Of a DNA stretch of 64,000 nt, positions 63,937 to 64,000 are shown one piece after another. Made by a program: the position numbers and the translations under genes. Below the pieces are notes generated by a model that saw only the letters and a program-made list of their open reading frames with translations, did not search any database and had not been told where the DNA came from. Position 1 is the stretch's first letter, and every line of letters begins with the position of its first letter. This DNA comes from Pyrinomonadaceae bacterium (GTDB lineage Bacteria; Acidobacteriota; Blastocatellia; Pyrinomonadales; Pyrinomonadaceae), in contig JAXIOV010000034.1 in assembly GCA_045403245.1 (NCBI GenBank), forward strand, positions 3,942 to 67,941, in the 5' to 3' direction.

Positions 63937-64000
63937 TGTCTCTCCTCACTGAATTCGCAATTTTGGTGGAATGGGGTTTGGAATAGGTGGAGAGAATGTA
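63933..64000 (-). CDS. Possible 3' end of a further minus-strand gene running off the window
   Basis: The frame is open for all 22 visible codons (..HSLHLFQTPFHQNCEFSEERQ) and ends in a TGA that overlaps the next ATG (ATGA). This is too short to judge. Confidence 0.2.
   Translation of the reverse strand, partial: HSLHLFQTPFHQNCEFSEERQ

Overview
The window is mostly chromosomal backbone from a Gram-negative soil-type bacterium. The gene content (ECF sigma with a FecR-type anti-sigma, a PSCyt-like cytochrome c domain, DUF4388-DnaJ-TPR, many lone sensor kinases) suggests Acidobacteriota or a similar phylum, but this is low-confidence inference from gene content alone. Recognisable housekeeping genes are the ettA 3' end, sdhCAB, ruvC, yebC, the yggS-yggT-yggU cluster, tRNA-Leu(CAG), ligA, an ATP-dependent DNA ligase, msrB, an acyl-CoA desaturase and an RRM RNA-binding protein. 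There is also a six-gene ABC-2 exporter cluster, an ECF sigma/anti-sigma pair, a two-component system and a hybrid MEDS kinase. Three stretches look accessory or decayed: 8.9-10.6 kb (DUF4160/DUF2442 pair and gene debris), 52.2-58.4 kb (MFS pseudogene, small minus-strand ORFs with a STAS protein and a divergent omega-like protein, an XRE cassette and a B12 radical SAM gene), and 62.4-64.0 kb (translationally coupled small ORFs resembling an orphan toxin/immunity array). The most unusual signal is non-genic. Many intergenic spacers carry tandem arrays of 7-nt units, often as inverted pairs bracketing long palindromes, one with perfect 30-bp arms. At least two other short dispersed repeat families are present (a GATTAC/AATCTGCGGAT type and CTCC-GTA-GGAG type hairpins, four of which separate sdhA from sdhB). 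No CRISPR array, rRNA, integrase or transposase was seen. All calls come from reading the sequence and ORF translations by eye; no searches were run.
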